A stretch of DNA of 64,000 nucleotides from Squalus acanthias (lineage: Eukaryota), in contig CM059433.1 in NCBI GenBank assembly GCA_030390025.1, forward strand, positions 15,564,001 to 15,628,000, written 5' to 3'. The position numbers and the translations under genes are program-made. Under the pieces are notes generated by a model, which saw only the letters and a list, made by a program, of their open reading frames with translations, was not told where the DNA came from and did not search any database. This document shows positions 24,261 to 37,601 of the stretch, piece after piece (position 1 is the first letter of the stretch; each line of letters begins with the position of its first letter).

Positions 24261-24997
24261 AAATGGTTAGAGTTGGACACAAGCACGTGGTTTCCAACCT
24301 CATTGCTCTTCTGAACTTTCCACTATTGTGTCTCTTATCCTTCAAATGTGGCATCCACACACTCTTCTTTCCCCCTGAACCATCATTGTGTTGAAATTAA
24401 TGCTCATTTAACTGTCTCCTACAAATAACTATTCAAACTATTTTTTTTCCCCCCAGAACTTTTAAAAACCTCTCGCCTCGTCTCATCTAACCACTACACC
24501 TTGATTTACCTTGTCTTCTCTTACTCTTCTCAACCTAGGTTGTGTCTTACACGATGAGCCTTGGCCCGTCACTGGGTTTCTCAATTAAACAGAAATCTCA
24601 GATGGGCTGTGATGAGGATTTGAGGCACTTCCTCATTGGGAAGAGTTATTCACAGGAAGGAGCAACAATCAGAGAGTGACTCGAGCCAAGGTTCTCCTGG
24701 CAAAAACCTGGGCACAGCTGGAATTGTGCTTGTCATGGAGCAAACTAAAGGCCCGATTTTAACTCCCGGCGGGAAGCCAGCGGGAGCGGACAGCATTCCT
24801 GCCTGAGAGTTTGACTTGGAGACCCGGCAGAATTGAACTGAATGTCCCCAGTCAGCTACTCATCTGTTTTGGGGGGGAAAGCGATAGCTAGCTGTCAGGC
24901 GGGTGAAGAAGATTGGGCAGCCCACTGAAACCTAGAGAATGCTTTCACAGTGGAGGAAGAGGAAAAACTACCAGTAGGACAACCTAAAAATAAGTCC

Positions 24998-25640
24998 AAG
25001 AACATAAGAAATAGGAGCAGGAGTCGGCCATTTGGCCCCTCGAGCCTGCTCCACCATTCAATAAGATTATGGCTGATCTTCGACCTCAACTCCACTTTCC
25101 TGCCCTATCCCCATATCCCTTGATTCCCTTAATATCCAAAAATCTATCGATCTCTGTCTTGAATATACTCAAAGACTGAGCCTCCACAGCCCTCTGGGGT
25201 AGAGAATTCCATGGATTCACCACCCTCTGAGTGAAGAAATTTCTCCTCCTCTCAGTCCTAAATGGCCGACCCCTTATTCTGAGACTGTGGCCCCTGGTTC
25301 TAGACTCCCCAGCCAGGGGAAACATCCTCCCTGCGTCTACCCTGTCAAGCACTGTAAGAATTTTGTATGTTTCAATGAGATCACGTCTCATTCTTCTAAA
25401 CTCTAAAGAATATAGGCCTAGTCTACTCAATCTCTCCTCATAGGACAATCCCCCCATCCCAGGAACCAGTCCGGTGAACCTTCGTTGCACTCCCTCTATG
25501 GCAAGTATATCCTTCCTTCGGTAAGGAGACCAAAACTGTACACAATACTCCAGGTGTGGTCTCACCAGGGCCCTATATAATTGCAGTAAGACGTCTTTAC
25601 TCTTATACTCAAATTCTCTTGTAATGAAGGCCAACATACC
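24998..25640 (-). mobile_element. CR1 3' portion
   Basis: ORF 25086-25637 (LYRALVRPHLEYCVQFWSP...RNFFTQRVV) and (ttcttatg)n tail. Confidence 0.92.
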
Positions 25641-25892
25641 ATAAGGGGAGGAACTTAATGGATTTAGTACAAGTTTAAACTAAAAGTAATGGAGAAAATA
25701 ATGGGACTTTAGACAGACAAGTTTCCAGGACCTGATGGTTTCCAATCCAGAGTATTAAATGAAATAGATGAAGAAATTACAGATGCGTTAGTTATAATTT
25801 TCCAAAGCGCTCTCGATTCAGGAATTGTGCCTTTGGATTGGAAAATTCTGACTGTCATTCCATTATTTAAGAAAGGAGGGAGAGAGAAACTA

Positions 25893-27621
25893 GGCCGAGA
25901 TTTTCTGGGGGGTCAGTGGGCATGATTGGTGGCGGCTCAAGTGGGAAAGTTTTTTTTCCCCAGCGGGTCAGGGACCCTGCTGTAAACCTGCTGCCCTGTG
26001 CCTTTCCCTGATGTCGGGTCTGTCAGCGCTGAGCAGACCCAACATGCAGCGGCGGAGGACCCAATTCAAGTAATTATGACCTTGTTTAGAGATCATTAAG
26101 AATGCATTTGTGCTTACCTTTTGATTTTACATGCTCGCCCACAGGGTCCTCGCTGCTCAGGGATCACATCTGTCAAGCTGAGGCAGGAGCTCAGTGGCCA
26201 CTGAATCAGCTGTTGAGTTGACAGCTTCAAATGTAAAGTTAAAGCTCCCACCTTACAGAGATATCTCACCTCAGCCACAAGCTCTTCCTCACTGCATTTC
26301 CATAATAGATTCACCATGCCACAAGTCTTTATACAAGTCTCCATCCAGTCTGACTTCATTACCTCTCTCACCATTGACAGGTCGCTTCTGTCATCTCTAC
26401 TTCACCTGCCACCTATTCCATCAACATGGGTGCCCTTTATACTCTCTCACCTTGGTCCTCAGAATCCCACCACGATCAGCCCCAACACCAGCAGCACCAG
26501 GCACACCAGCAGCACTAACAACACCACCAAACTTCTCCACAATCAACTGATGCTGCACAGGACACAGGGCATCAGCACCTGACCACATTGCTTTCACTTG
26601 ATGCTGTACACCCTGGCTGCCACATGATGTACCAGGTTGGCACCACCCCACACCAACATCATAAAGCATCCCTACAATGCCCAAGCCATTCCTTTCACAC
26701 TCATCACCATTGAAGCGGGGGGGGTATCAGTACGTCTTATCATTCACTGCAACTCACTAAGCCACTTCCAAAGGTGCACACAAATCTGTCTAAGAATGCA
26801 AAGTGTTGAAAATAAAGGTTTTAATGTTTGACACCACTTTAACAGAAACTTTACATGAACATTGCATAAAGCACCCAAGTGTCTACCCTTGTGTGTTGTT
26901 AGTTGGTATGATTGCACTAGGATGAGAGTTAGTATGAGGGGTGGCGAGTGAGATGGGGAAGTGATAATGTAGATAGAAAGGGATCGGTGGAGGTGCATGG
27001 TAAGTTGGTGAGAGTAAGAATGTGCAGGAGTAGGGTAGGGAAGGCAGAGTGATGGAGATTTGATGAGAGGCACAACAGGAAGAGGTTGAGTGTGGCTTTG
27101 TACTAACATTTGGTGATCTACTGAGATCATTGGAACATTTGCGGCACTGCACCCAGGTCCTCCTGACCACATCCCTGCTTGTGACCTCCTCTGCAATGTG
27201 CAACCAGGCTGTGTTAATCTCCTGGGGCGGTCTCTTCCACCCATGTGAAGGGAAGCGGACCTCCCTGCGTGCTGTGACTCCCTTCATAAGCAGATGGAGG
27301 GGGTCATGGGACAGCCTGGCAGCAGCCCTTCACCTTTGTGCAGTGCTTGTCAGTGTTTGCAGCACCTCAATGCTGTAGAACACTGACAGCACAAATGTCA
27401 AAATAAAGCTGGCCATGGTCCCTTTAAGGAAACCGGTTGATGACGCGTCATCAAATGACATCACCAAACCTGCTTCCTCTAATTGGCCTGGGTTGGGTGG
27501 GCTTAACAAGACCCATCAAGGGAAATTCATTTCGGACAGTGGGATGAAGCAAACAGTAGGGTCGGGACCCGCCACTGACGTCACCCGCCACGGACCCGCC
27601 GAGGTCAGCAAAATCGTGGCC
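25893..27621 (-). mobile_element. Non-autonomous Harbinger derivative retaining a Myb/SANT exon
   Basis: TIRs GGCCGAGATTTT/AAAATCGTGGCC. Minus ORF 26883-27287 contains AWLHIAEEV.S.DVVRRTWVQCRK..NDL (Myb/SANT-like). No transposase recognised. Confidence 0.75.
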
Positions 27622-27692
27622 CAGGTAACTGCAGACCAGTCAGTTTGACATCAGTTGCGGGGAGGTTACTGGAATCTGTCATCAGCGACCGA

Positions 27693-28445
27693 GGCTGGAA
27701 TTTTAACCAGGGAGGCGGGTTGGGGGCAGGGGGCTGCCGAGGCAGGCGGGAAACCCGGGAGGCCGTTAAAGTCGGCAGGGCCTGATTTGAATGTGAGACC
27801 TCAGATTCCCGCCCGCAGCCAGCCAGAGAGGGAGCTAGGGCTCGGCCCAGGGGAGGACTCGCCGTGGTGGCTGGGGGGGGGGGGGTCGGGAATCAGCTGT
27901 GGCTCGGTCAGGGATCACGGGGGGTGTCGGGGATCAGGGATTGGCGGGGGGCGGTTCGGTTCGGAATCGGTGGGGGAGGGGGGGGGAAAGAGAGGATCAG
28001 GGACAACCACCGGAGGATTGTGGCCGGTCTCAGCATCATCGGTAGGGGTGGGGGTGGGAGGAGGCCTCATGAGGGGGTCTCCAATCGCGGGGGTTGGGTT
28101 ATGCAGGTCCCTGGATCCAGGAAGTCAGTATAAAGCCACTTACCTCCTGGATCCAGCAGTCCCCACCTCGGTTTAACTGCCGGGTTTCACGAATTGTGTG
28201 AAACCCGTCCCCAGGCAGTTAAATTCAAAATGGAGGTGAAAAAAGCTTCCCGCCTCATTATAATATTTAAATTGACGTACCGCCCCCTGGGAGTGGATTG
28301 GTCGCTGCTCCCCGTCCCGTCCCGCCTTCGTTAAAACCGGAAGTGGCCGGGTTGGAGGCGGGATCAGGTCGGGAATCGCATTTTTAACAATTTAACAGCC
28401 CCCACGTTCCAAACCCACCTGTTTTTTTAGGGGAAAATCCCGGCC
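27693..28445 (+). mobile_element. MITE family B full copy
   Basis: GGCTGGAATTTT...AAAATCCCGGCC ends, G-rich centre; homologous to 40572-41377. Confidence 0.85.
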
Positions 28446-29029
28446 AGAGTGACTGAGCACTTGGACAAGTATGAGCCGATCAAAGAGAGTCAGTATGGAT
28501 TTGTGAAGGATAGGTCATGTCTAACTAATCCAGTTGATTTTTTTTGTGGAAGTCACTAACATGGTGGATAGGGATGTGTCTATGGATATTGTCTATCTAG
28601 ACTTCCAGAAAGCATTCGATCAGGTTCTGCACAAGAGATGATTTGCAAAATGAAAGCGCACGGAATTGGAGATAACCTTATGACATGGGTTGGTAATTGG
28701 CTGTAGGGTTGCCAACCCTCCTGGATTGCCCAATAATCTCCTGAATTTGATGATTGATCTCTTAGGTGCAGCTGCTGATGACCTGGGAGAAAAGTACTTT
28801 GTTTTGAGTGGTTCCCACCTCCATGGCCTTTACTTTCAATATCCGCTATATAAAAATGTTAAACTGCCTATTTAAAATAAACCTTCAGTATATCTCGAGT
28901 ATTATTTCCGAAAAGGGGGAATGAATTGATTAACAATGCAAATAGGCAATCAGACATTACACAATCCAATGTTGTCATTAATAGCTAATTAGCACTGGAA
29001 AGAAGTGGGATTAATACTTGAGGGGGGGA

Positions 29030-29475
29030 ATAAGAACATAAGAACATAAGAAATAGGAGCAGGAGTAGGCCATTCGGCCCTTCAAGCCTACTCCGCCAAT
29101 CAATGAGATCATGGCTGATCTTCTGCCTCAACTCCATTCACCGGCCCTATCGCCATATCCCTTGATGCCCTTACTAGTCAGAAATCTATTGAATTCTGTT
29201 TTGAATATACCCAATGACTGAGCCTCCACAGCCCTCTGGGGTAGAGAATTCCAAAGATTCACCGCCCTCTGTGTGAAGAAATTTCTTCTCATCTCAGTCC
29301 TGAATGGCCTACCCTTTATCTTGAGGCTGTGGCCCCTGGTTCTAGACTCCCCAGCCAAGGGAAACATTCTCCCAGCATCCATCCTATCTAGCCCTGTAAT
29401 AATTTTGTATGTTTCAATGAGATCCCCTCTCATTCTTCTGAATTCAAGAGAATACAGGCCTGGTTTACTCAATCC
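29030..29475 (-). mobile_element. CR1 3' portion
   Basis: GLYSLEFRRMRGDLIETYK...RNFFTQR and a tail repeat. Confidence 0.9.
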
Positions 29476-32400
29476 GATCATTTGCCAAATTCACCAGCCT
29501 CCCCCCGCCCCTGACCCCCCACCCCACCACCAAAAAGAAACCCAGAACCCAGTGCCTGCACTGACTCACAATTTACTGGTTTTAAATCTGGAGGATAAAT
29601 ATCGAAAGTTCAACCGCTAACTTAATGCACTCTTTAAAAAATACACAATGATGTGACTTTAAGGAATGGGACAGTAAAAAGCAGTAAACACATATGGAAC
29701 ATTCAGATAATGGAAGGTATCGCCATTGTTTTTTTTTAAATGGCCCAATGTGTTTAAAACCAAATTGTATTTTATCCCAAACTTAACATTTTTATAAAGC
29801 TATTAAAAGTAACTTGTGCCACAACAGCCGAAGACCTTACTGCCCCTCAAATATTAAAATAACCCCCACCTTTGTTTTGATTATATCTATTAAATCATAT
29901 TTAGTGAACACAAAGTATCGGTATATAACAGTATATGAGTGCTTCTCCATATATCTGTTAGGTAATCACTTAACATATTTGCAGATGCCTGGTTGGGAGG
30001 TAGGAGACAGAGGGATAAGGGAAATATACTTTGATTGATGGAATATAACAAGTGATGTTCCTCAGTGATCTGTATTGTGGCCTCAGCTTTTCACCATATA
30101 TGTTAATGCTTGCATGAAGGAATAGAGAGATGTATATCCAAGATTGCATTTGACGCCAAGTTAGGAAGAACAGTAAGAGGCGTACATGGGAGCAGGAAGT
30201 TCTAAAGTGACACAGACAGATTAAGTGAGTGGACAAAACTATGGCAGATGGAATTCAATGTAGTGAACTGTGAGGTTATCCACTTTGGATCCAAGAAAGA
30301 CAAATCGGAATATTTTCTTAATAGCGAGAGACCGGGAGCTGTGGAGGAACAAAGGGCTTTAGGTACACAAGTCATTAAAAGCTAGTGCACAGGTACAAAA
30401 AGTAATCAAAAAGGCTAATGGAGTGTTAGCTTTTTTCCTCGAGGGGGTTGGAATATAAAAATGAGGAAGTTATGGTTCAGTTGTACAGAGCCTTGGTCCG
30501 ACCCCATCTGGATACTGCGTTCAGTTTTGGGCACCAAATCTCAGGAAGGATATATTGGCCTTGGAGAGGGTTCAGCCCAGATTCACTAGAATGATGACTA
30601 GGGTTTAAATGGCTAAATTATGAGCATAGGTTGTATAAACTAGGTTTGTATTCCCTAATCGAGGTGCTTAAAATAATAAAGGGTTTCGATCATGTAGATA
30701 CAGAGAAACTATTTGCTCTGGTGGGGCAATCCAAAACAAGAAGGCAGAATTTTACAATTAGAGCCAGGCCATTTAGGAGTGAAATCAGGAAGCATTTTTT
30801 CACACAAAGGGTAGTGGAAAATTGGAATTCTCTTCCCCAAAAAGCTGTGGATGCTGGGTCAATTGAAATTTTCAAGACTGAGATCGATAGATTTAAGGGT
30901 ATCAAGGGATATGGAGCAAAGGTGGATTAATGGAGTCAAGGTACAGATCAGCCATGATCTAATAAAGTTGTGGAACAGGCTGGAGGGGCTGAATAGTCTA
31001 CGTCTGTTCCTATGTTACTATCTTCTCAACAGTACTTTAGCTTTACCAAAGAGCTCCTGCTTATATAACAACGTAGATCTTAGAAATTTGCATTCCGAGT
31101 GTGGAACTTCATGCACGAAAGCATGTGTTGACAATTCGGGTCAACTAATCTCTGCTCCCAAATTCCTGATATACAGTCCTAGCACACAAGACTAGGTGCC
31201 AGGTGTATGACTTTACAAAAACTACTGTACATGTTTAATTCAGGAATTCTGATCCAGAACGCCCCATCTTACCTGAGTAACATTACTGTCATTGCAGGAC
31301 TTCCCTACTTTAAGTTAACTCTTTTACTGCTGATCTTGTTTTCTGTGTTCTCCCTCACATACAGATAAGTAAACGGGATTCAGCTATCCCCAACCATTAC
31401 ATACATAGGATATACAGCACAGAAACAAGCCATTCAGCCCAACCAGTCTAGCCGGTGTTTATGCTCTACTTGCGCCTCCTCCCATCTTTCCTCATCTAAC
31501 CCTATCAGCATAACCCTCTATTCCCTTCTCCCTAATATGCTTATCCAACTGCCCCTTAACTGTATCTATACTATTCGCTTCAACCACTCCCTGTGGTAGC
31601 TGAACATATAAACAATGACAAAATTTCAAGCACAAAGCTCCATTTGTCACATAACAATGTCAGAAGTGCAATTAAAGAGTAAATGTGGCTAAATAACAAC
31701 AGTAGCCAAAGACCCATAACTGTCAAATTATGTAAAATCCAGGAACTTAATTTACCACAAACTTAGAAAGAAATAACAAATTACGAGTATAGTTACTACT
31801 TGTTAAGGAATAGCTTTACATGTCATGGATAGGGCTACATTTGAGATCCATATTTGATTAAAAAGGTATTCTACCCTAGAGAGCTGTGGAGGTGGAGTCA
31901 TTGAATATATTCAAGGTGGAGATAGACAGATATTTGAGCTACAGGGGAGTCAAGGGTTATGGAGAGCGGGCAAGGAAGTGGAGTTGAGGACAAGATCAGA
32001 TCAGCCATGAACTTATTGAATGGCGGAGCAGGCTCGAGGGGCCAAATGGCCTACTCCTGTTCTTATATTCTTATGTTCTCGGCAGTTGAAACTAATTACT
32101 GTTATATTTTGTAATACAATACCTAGAAATTATGCTGCACTCTGTATTAGTCCACTGGGTGTCTGTTCTGCACAGAACCGCATCACATGGTAGAAGACTC
32201 TCCAAACCATTGCTGCAAAATGTACCATATTATGAAAATACTGTGTTCTTTTAAATTGTTTGATTGGCAGCTCTATTTGAGTTTGACACATATTTGAATT
32301 TTCTTTGTCAGTCAAATTTTGAAAATAATTTTCTCAGTCTTGTGTTCAAATTGGGTAGTCCATCTGTAGCCATCAGGAAGAAATAGATAGGTTAAAGAGA

Positions 32401-34716
32401 CTGTGGATAATCAGCAACAAATCACACCGGGTTTCGACCTGAAACGTTAACTCTCTTTCTCTCTCCATGGATGTTGCCTGGCCTGCTGAGTTTTTCCAGC
32501 GTTTTCTGTTGTTACCCTATAAAGGTTATTGTTTTGTTATTTTCTGAGGAGGAATATTTAAACCAGTAACTATTGTAAATCCAGTGTATTGTTGTGACTA
32601 TTTATTTATCCATTTACTGCTTTATAAATCTGTTTGGCAATTTATAGTCTAAGCCATGGCTTAGTGAAATGTTTATTCCGCCACTTTATGAAGTTGAGGA
32701 TGATTACGTCAGAGCACGGATATAACCAGTAAGCTGAAATTCAGTGCAAAAAGGGTTTTCTGTTTGATCCCTGGATTCACCACAAATTATTATTTAGATA
32801 TTGGGTGGGTAACAGTGGACTCCAGATCACAGGGGGCAAAGGTTTACCTACTTATTTGATTTCCCAAATCCTTCCACTCCTCTATTGGTGGTGGCTCCTT
32901 CAACCACTATGTCGTGACTCTCTGAATTCCCTCCTGTAGCACATCAATCTTACGACCTCCTTCCCTGCCTTCAGAAGCCTCCTAAAGACCCTCCTTCCTG
33001 ACCATGCTTTTGCCCTTCTCTCCCTTTGTTGGCGTTTACTTGCTATCCACTGCTCTGTAAAGTGCTCTGAGATGTTTCTCTGTACAAAAAAGGGGCTAAT
33101 TCCTCCAATAAAGTAGTCATGAAGTAATATCATATGACATTTTTAAGCAACAGGTTGTTAAAATTAGACAGCATTATTTCCTGGTATTTATCTTTAAATG
33201 CAAAGGTTCATTGCAATGGGATTTTCCATTCTAACCTGTAACTCTGCACATACCAGAGGCCCTCAGGATGTGATCTACTTCCAGTTGAACTTCTGGTTGA
33301 TTTATTATATTCAATTTTCTTTTAGCTTATCTTTTTATATCACTTAGCCATTTGACAGCAATCCCAATCTCTTTGTCTTAGAAACTGCATTACTCATATT
33401 TATAAGAACACTTTTTCCTTTATCCATACAGGGCAACTTCCACCAAGTGTGGGATATATTTTCTAGATTCATGAATTGCCTCTTTTTGTCTTGAAGCTTA
33501 CCCGATAGCACCTCAAATTTAGACTAAAATGTCATCCAACTACATTGCCTTCCTCTCCATTTTGCACTGCCCTCAAGCGTTAGATATAATAGCCATTTCC
33601 CCTCACACACAACGCTCCAGGAGCTCATTAACAAGCTTGTTTTCAGATTGCAGTTAATGGATAGCCAAATAGACCCACAGCACATATATCACTATACTGA
33701 ATGTAGATGTCAATGTATTATCACATTCTTGGTGTTTACTGCTGAATTAGTGCCAAACACCTCTAATACCTGCCAAGAAAAAATATGCCTGATATATATT
33801 AACAGTGACACAGTGACCTTAGTCAACGAGATGGAGTAATAGGTAGGAAACTATATTTTGTATATTGTTCTAAATAAAATTGTTCACTTACCTTTGATAT
33901 GAATTAATCGGGAGCATTTTAACAGTTTGTTGTGCGCTAATAACATTTCAGGTCAGATAGATTGTCTATACTAAGCTGTGATGTTAAATGTTACTGAGCG
34001 ATGTAACTTTTCATATGTTTCAATACCTTGAGAAAATAACATCTGCACAACTTAACAATTAATCTTTCAAGACCACCAATCCTCATGCCTCATTAACCAA
34101 ATGATTGCAGAAGTAATTTAAGATACGTTAGGACCTATATGTTCTACACATTTGCCATACTATATATATATATATTATATATATATGAAAAGCATCTCAA
34201 AGGCATCACATCACAAAACTGCAACCGCAGGGCAAAAGTTTGTGATTGGTTCAAAAAGAATAAAAAGAGTTAACCATGCCAATTGGCTCAAAGATCCCAT
34301 TAGTCTTAAATGCAAATCAAAAACCATTTTGATTTACAAGACTGGTAAGAAAAGCATCTAATTAGAAAAAAAAGCGAGCACCATAAAACCACCCAATAAA
34401 AACGCCCAATTTTTGTTCCAAATCCAACAATGTGGAATTGGCAATTATTACAAAAAAAAAGCCAACATTTCAAACATTTTTTTTTCAAACTGCTTTCAAT
34501 CTCCATTTCTCTTCCACACTTGGGTCAGAATATATGGAGAATGATATTTTTTATAACTAAATCATGTAAACAGTTACGCAGTTCTGAAAGGAAAACACTA
34601 AACTTACCTAACTTAACAATAATTTAATGTTAAAAATGGTTGCAGGAAATTCCTCCATAGGTTTACCCTTCTTGCTGACTTGTATTCTGGTTCTGTTGCA
34701 GAGTGGGAGACTTTAC

Positions 34717-35052
34717 CTTGGCCTCAGTTGCTGGGCAGTTCCAGCTTTTCTGTGTTGAAGAGAGATGTCTAATGGGATTGAGGTATTTTTTCCCCCCTCC
34801 CTGCTCCTGTGGAGCTATAAATCCCAGAATGCACCACAACAGCCCATGCTGCCTGACCAGGTGGAAAATTTATGGATAACTGGGGCATGAGCTGTAATCA
34901 AATAAAATATGTGATTTTTTTCATGTGTTTTATTTCGGCCAACCAATAAAAATTCTGAGTTACTGGTAGTGTTTCAGATGAGATTTTCTGCGATGCTGAG
35001 GAAAACACTGGAGCTGGAGTGAGTGTTTGTGAAGTGCACTGAACTAACCAAT
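34717..35052 (-). promoter_or_regulatory. Candidate Pol II promoter and first exon of a leftward transcript
   Basis: ZNF143/THAP11-like motif GCTATAAATCCCAGAATGCAC (34814-34834), CCAAT boxes near 34943 and 35048, and a minus-strand donor AAG|GTAAAG at 34717, all in non-repetitive DNA. Confidence 0.4.
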
Positions 35053-35548
35053 ACAAGGGAAGGTTAGGTAGTTGGTTATCATCAAGTCTCCTTCTCTGTG
35101 CCCTGCCTATAATTTCCAGTTATTGGCACTAATTACAGTGGAAGGGGGAACTAAGAATTGAACAGAGAATTCACTGCAATCAGTTCAGGTCATTGTTGGC
35201 CATCCCTGACTATCATTAACGGGAAATCCTTTATTAGAAGCCAATAACAAGTTTTAATGAATAATAATAATAATAATGGATTTAACGTCACCTCAGATCA
35301 GTGTGTAGACTAGAGCTGGAAAAAAAGCATGATTATCAAACCCATTCATTTCAGATTAATTTATTGCTGTCGAAATAAAGAAAAGAATTTATTGGTGCAT
35401 CAAAATTGCTCTTAAAGTAGCATGTACTTGTTCAAAAAATATGGTCCCCAAATTCCATGGGAAAGAGGCCGATGAATTGTTTCAGGCAGGCACTTGGCCA
35501 CCGAGTGGTAGGCCTCGGTGAAAGTTACAGCGGACCGATCATTAATTT

Positions 35549-36022
35549 TTTTTTTTATTCGCTTATGGGGTATGAGAGTCACTGACAAGACCAGCATTTA
35601 TTGCCCATCCCTAGTTGCCCTTGAGAAGGTGGTGGTGAGCCGCCTTCTTGAACTGCTGCAGTCCGTGTGGTGAAGGTACTCCCACAGTGCTGTTAGATAG
35701 GGAGTTCCAGGATTTTGATCCAGCGACGATGAAGGATCGGTGATATATTTCTAAGTCAGGATGGTGTGTGACTTGAAGGGGAACTTGGAGGTGGTAGTGT
35801 TCCCATGCACCTGCTGCCCTTGTCCTTCTAGGTGGAAGAGGTCACGGGTTTGGGAGGTGCTGCTGAAGAAGCCTTGGCGAGTTGCTGCAGTGCATCTTGT
35901 AGATGGTACACACTGTAGCCACGGTGCGCCGGTGGTGGAGGGAGTAAATGTTTAAGGTGGTGGATGGGGTGCCAATCAAATGGGCTGCTTTGTCCTGGAT
36001 GGTGTCGAGCTTCTTGAGTGTT
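35549..36022 (-). mobile_element. Zenon-like LINE 3' end
   Basis: Reverse complement of the 19150-19620 region. Confidence 0.88.
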
Positions 36023-36678
36023 AACGGGGCGAGAAAGCTACCAACCCCATTATTAGGCCACTACCGCCCCGTTAATGCTGATTTTCCCAACTGAAAGTCG
36101 TTCCCCCCACCCCCCCACCCCGCCCCCCGGTTTTAATGTTGTCTTTTCATTTCAACTGCTTGTCAAGCAACAATTAAGATGAAATTTCTAACTAATTTCT
36201 GCCATGTCAGAGCAGGTTGAATCACGATGGAAAATATCCCAGTCCAGAAAAAAAATTCCTGTACTCACTGAGGTTAAACCTTCCAAAGCTGGGCCCCAAC
36301 ATCTGGCCTACTGCCAAAGATAGGCTGACATATCAACAGCAGCCCTGTGGAGCTCACGCACCAGGCTGGAAAAATATGTCAAAGCACTCAATGGGAGAAG
36401 CTCACAAAGTTATGACAGGTAAGTTAAAACAATGGAAGACATCAACACTGTGTCATTAATATGTCCAGCTACAATTATCATTTACCAGAGCCAGCTGCCC
36501 GGATTGTCTGCAAGCTACTCGGAAATATACACAACCTGTCAAACAGTATCATGTATGCTTTATACCATGGAATCAATGTTTGACTGCGCACTGACTAAAG
36601 AACAATTTGTAAGACATTTCCGACCCGAGAATTATAGGTGAGCAATTGACGCAAATGGGGATTCCGACTTAACTCAAC

Positions 36679-37379
36679 TTTATTGAGACGTCAGAGATCA
36701 AAGGTTACAATACAATGTGAAAACTAAACTGATTGCAATACAAAGCCCGTCACCACTAACACACGTTGCGGCTAGGATATACATATGATCACCCACGGAT
36801 GGTCAGTTCGTGTTGATTGTAGGTTCTTTGGGACGACCGACCAAGTCACACCCATCTTCCGACTGCAGCCCTATCCTCGTAGGCGAGATGACTGGCCAGG
36901 CCACCTCTTTCCGACTGTAGATGAAGTTATCTTTTTGGGCGTTGTCTTTTATTCTTGTCGGTAACCCACTCTGTGCTGCAAAGGGGCGTTCCCTCCTTTC
37001 TCCGGTATGTGGGAGGAGTTGGTCGAGTTGGCATTCTTCCATTGTGTCCTGAGTCCACTGGCTATTGTCAGCTATTAACGTCTTTATCTCCTTATCAGAC
37101 TCGAGGTCACTTAAACAATGTCTGAGAGGGTGGCAAAGTTTGCAGAGGTGATCAGCAACACAATATGCATTATGCAAAGATCGTTGACTTGTGTTCTGTC
37201 TTGCAGGCCTCCTTTCAGGATGTCTTGATTGTAGCTTCGTAACACCTCATTGTCCACTTCCTTATCTGTAAATAGCTTGTAGCCACTAAAGTTCGATTGT
37301 TGATTACGGAATTTGCCCAACAACACGGCCTTCGGTCAAGCATAATGACAGCCAATCTTAATCAGCAAAAGACTTTTTG
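36679..37379 (-). pseudogene. Terminal exon of an unidentified disabled gene
   Basis: Acceptor tattttattttctatttgtag| at 37380/37379. The reading frame has one TGA (37338-37336) and one frameshift (~37177), ends at the stop at 36803, and is followed by AATAAA at 36684-36679. Confidence 0.55.
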
Positions 37380-37601
37380 CTACAAATAGAAAATAAAATA
37401 CATTTCCATAAGTAACTGAAATGATCAAATAAAAGGAAGAAAAACCTCAAATCTCCTTAATTTAGTATTTTCCATACCCTATACGATTTGTCCATTCTTC
37501 TAATTGATCCCAGGAAATGGTCCATCTCCGACTCTTCCCTTCCTCGACTCCTCTGTCTCCATTTGTGGGGATAGGCTATCGACCAACATCTACTATAAGC
37601 C

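Larger units (their letters stand above)
25645..31020 (+). mobile_element. Old CR1 ORF2 broken into pieces (25645-25892, 27622-27692, 28446-28703, ~29990-31020) by younger insertions
   Basis: RT motifs continue in order across the insertions: PGPDG, FKKGGREK|GN.RPVSL, Q.GFVK.RSCLTN, YLDFQKAFD, then the C-terminal region and 3' UTR. Confidence 0.75.

Noticed and set aside
28704..28790. hAT-like left end tagggttgccaaccct
   Set aside because: No convincing right TIR or 8-bp TSD was found, so the element could not be delimited.
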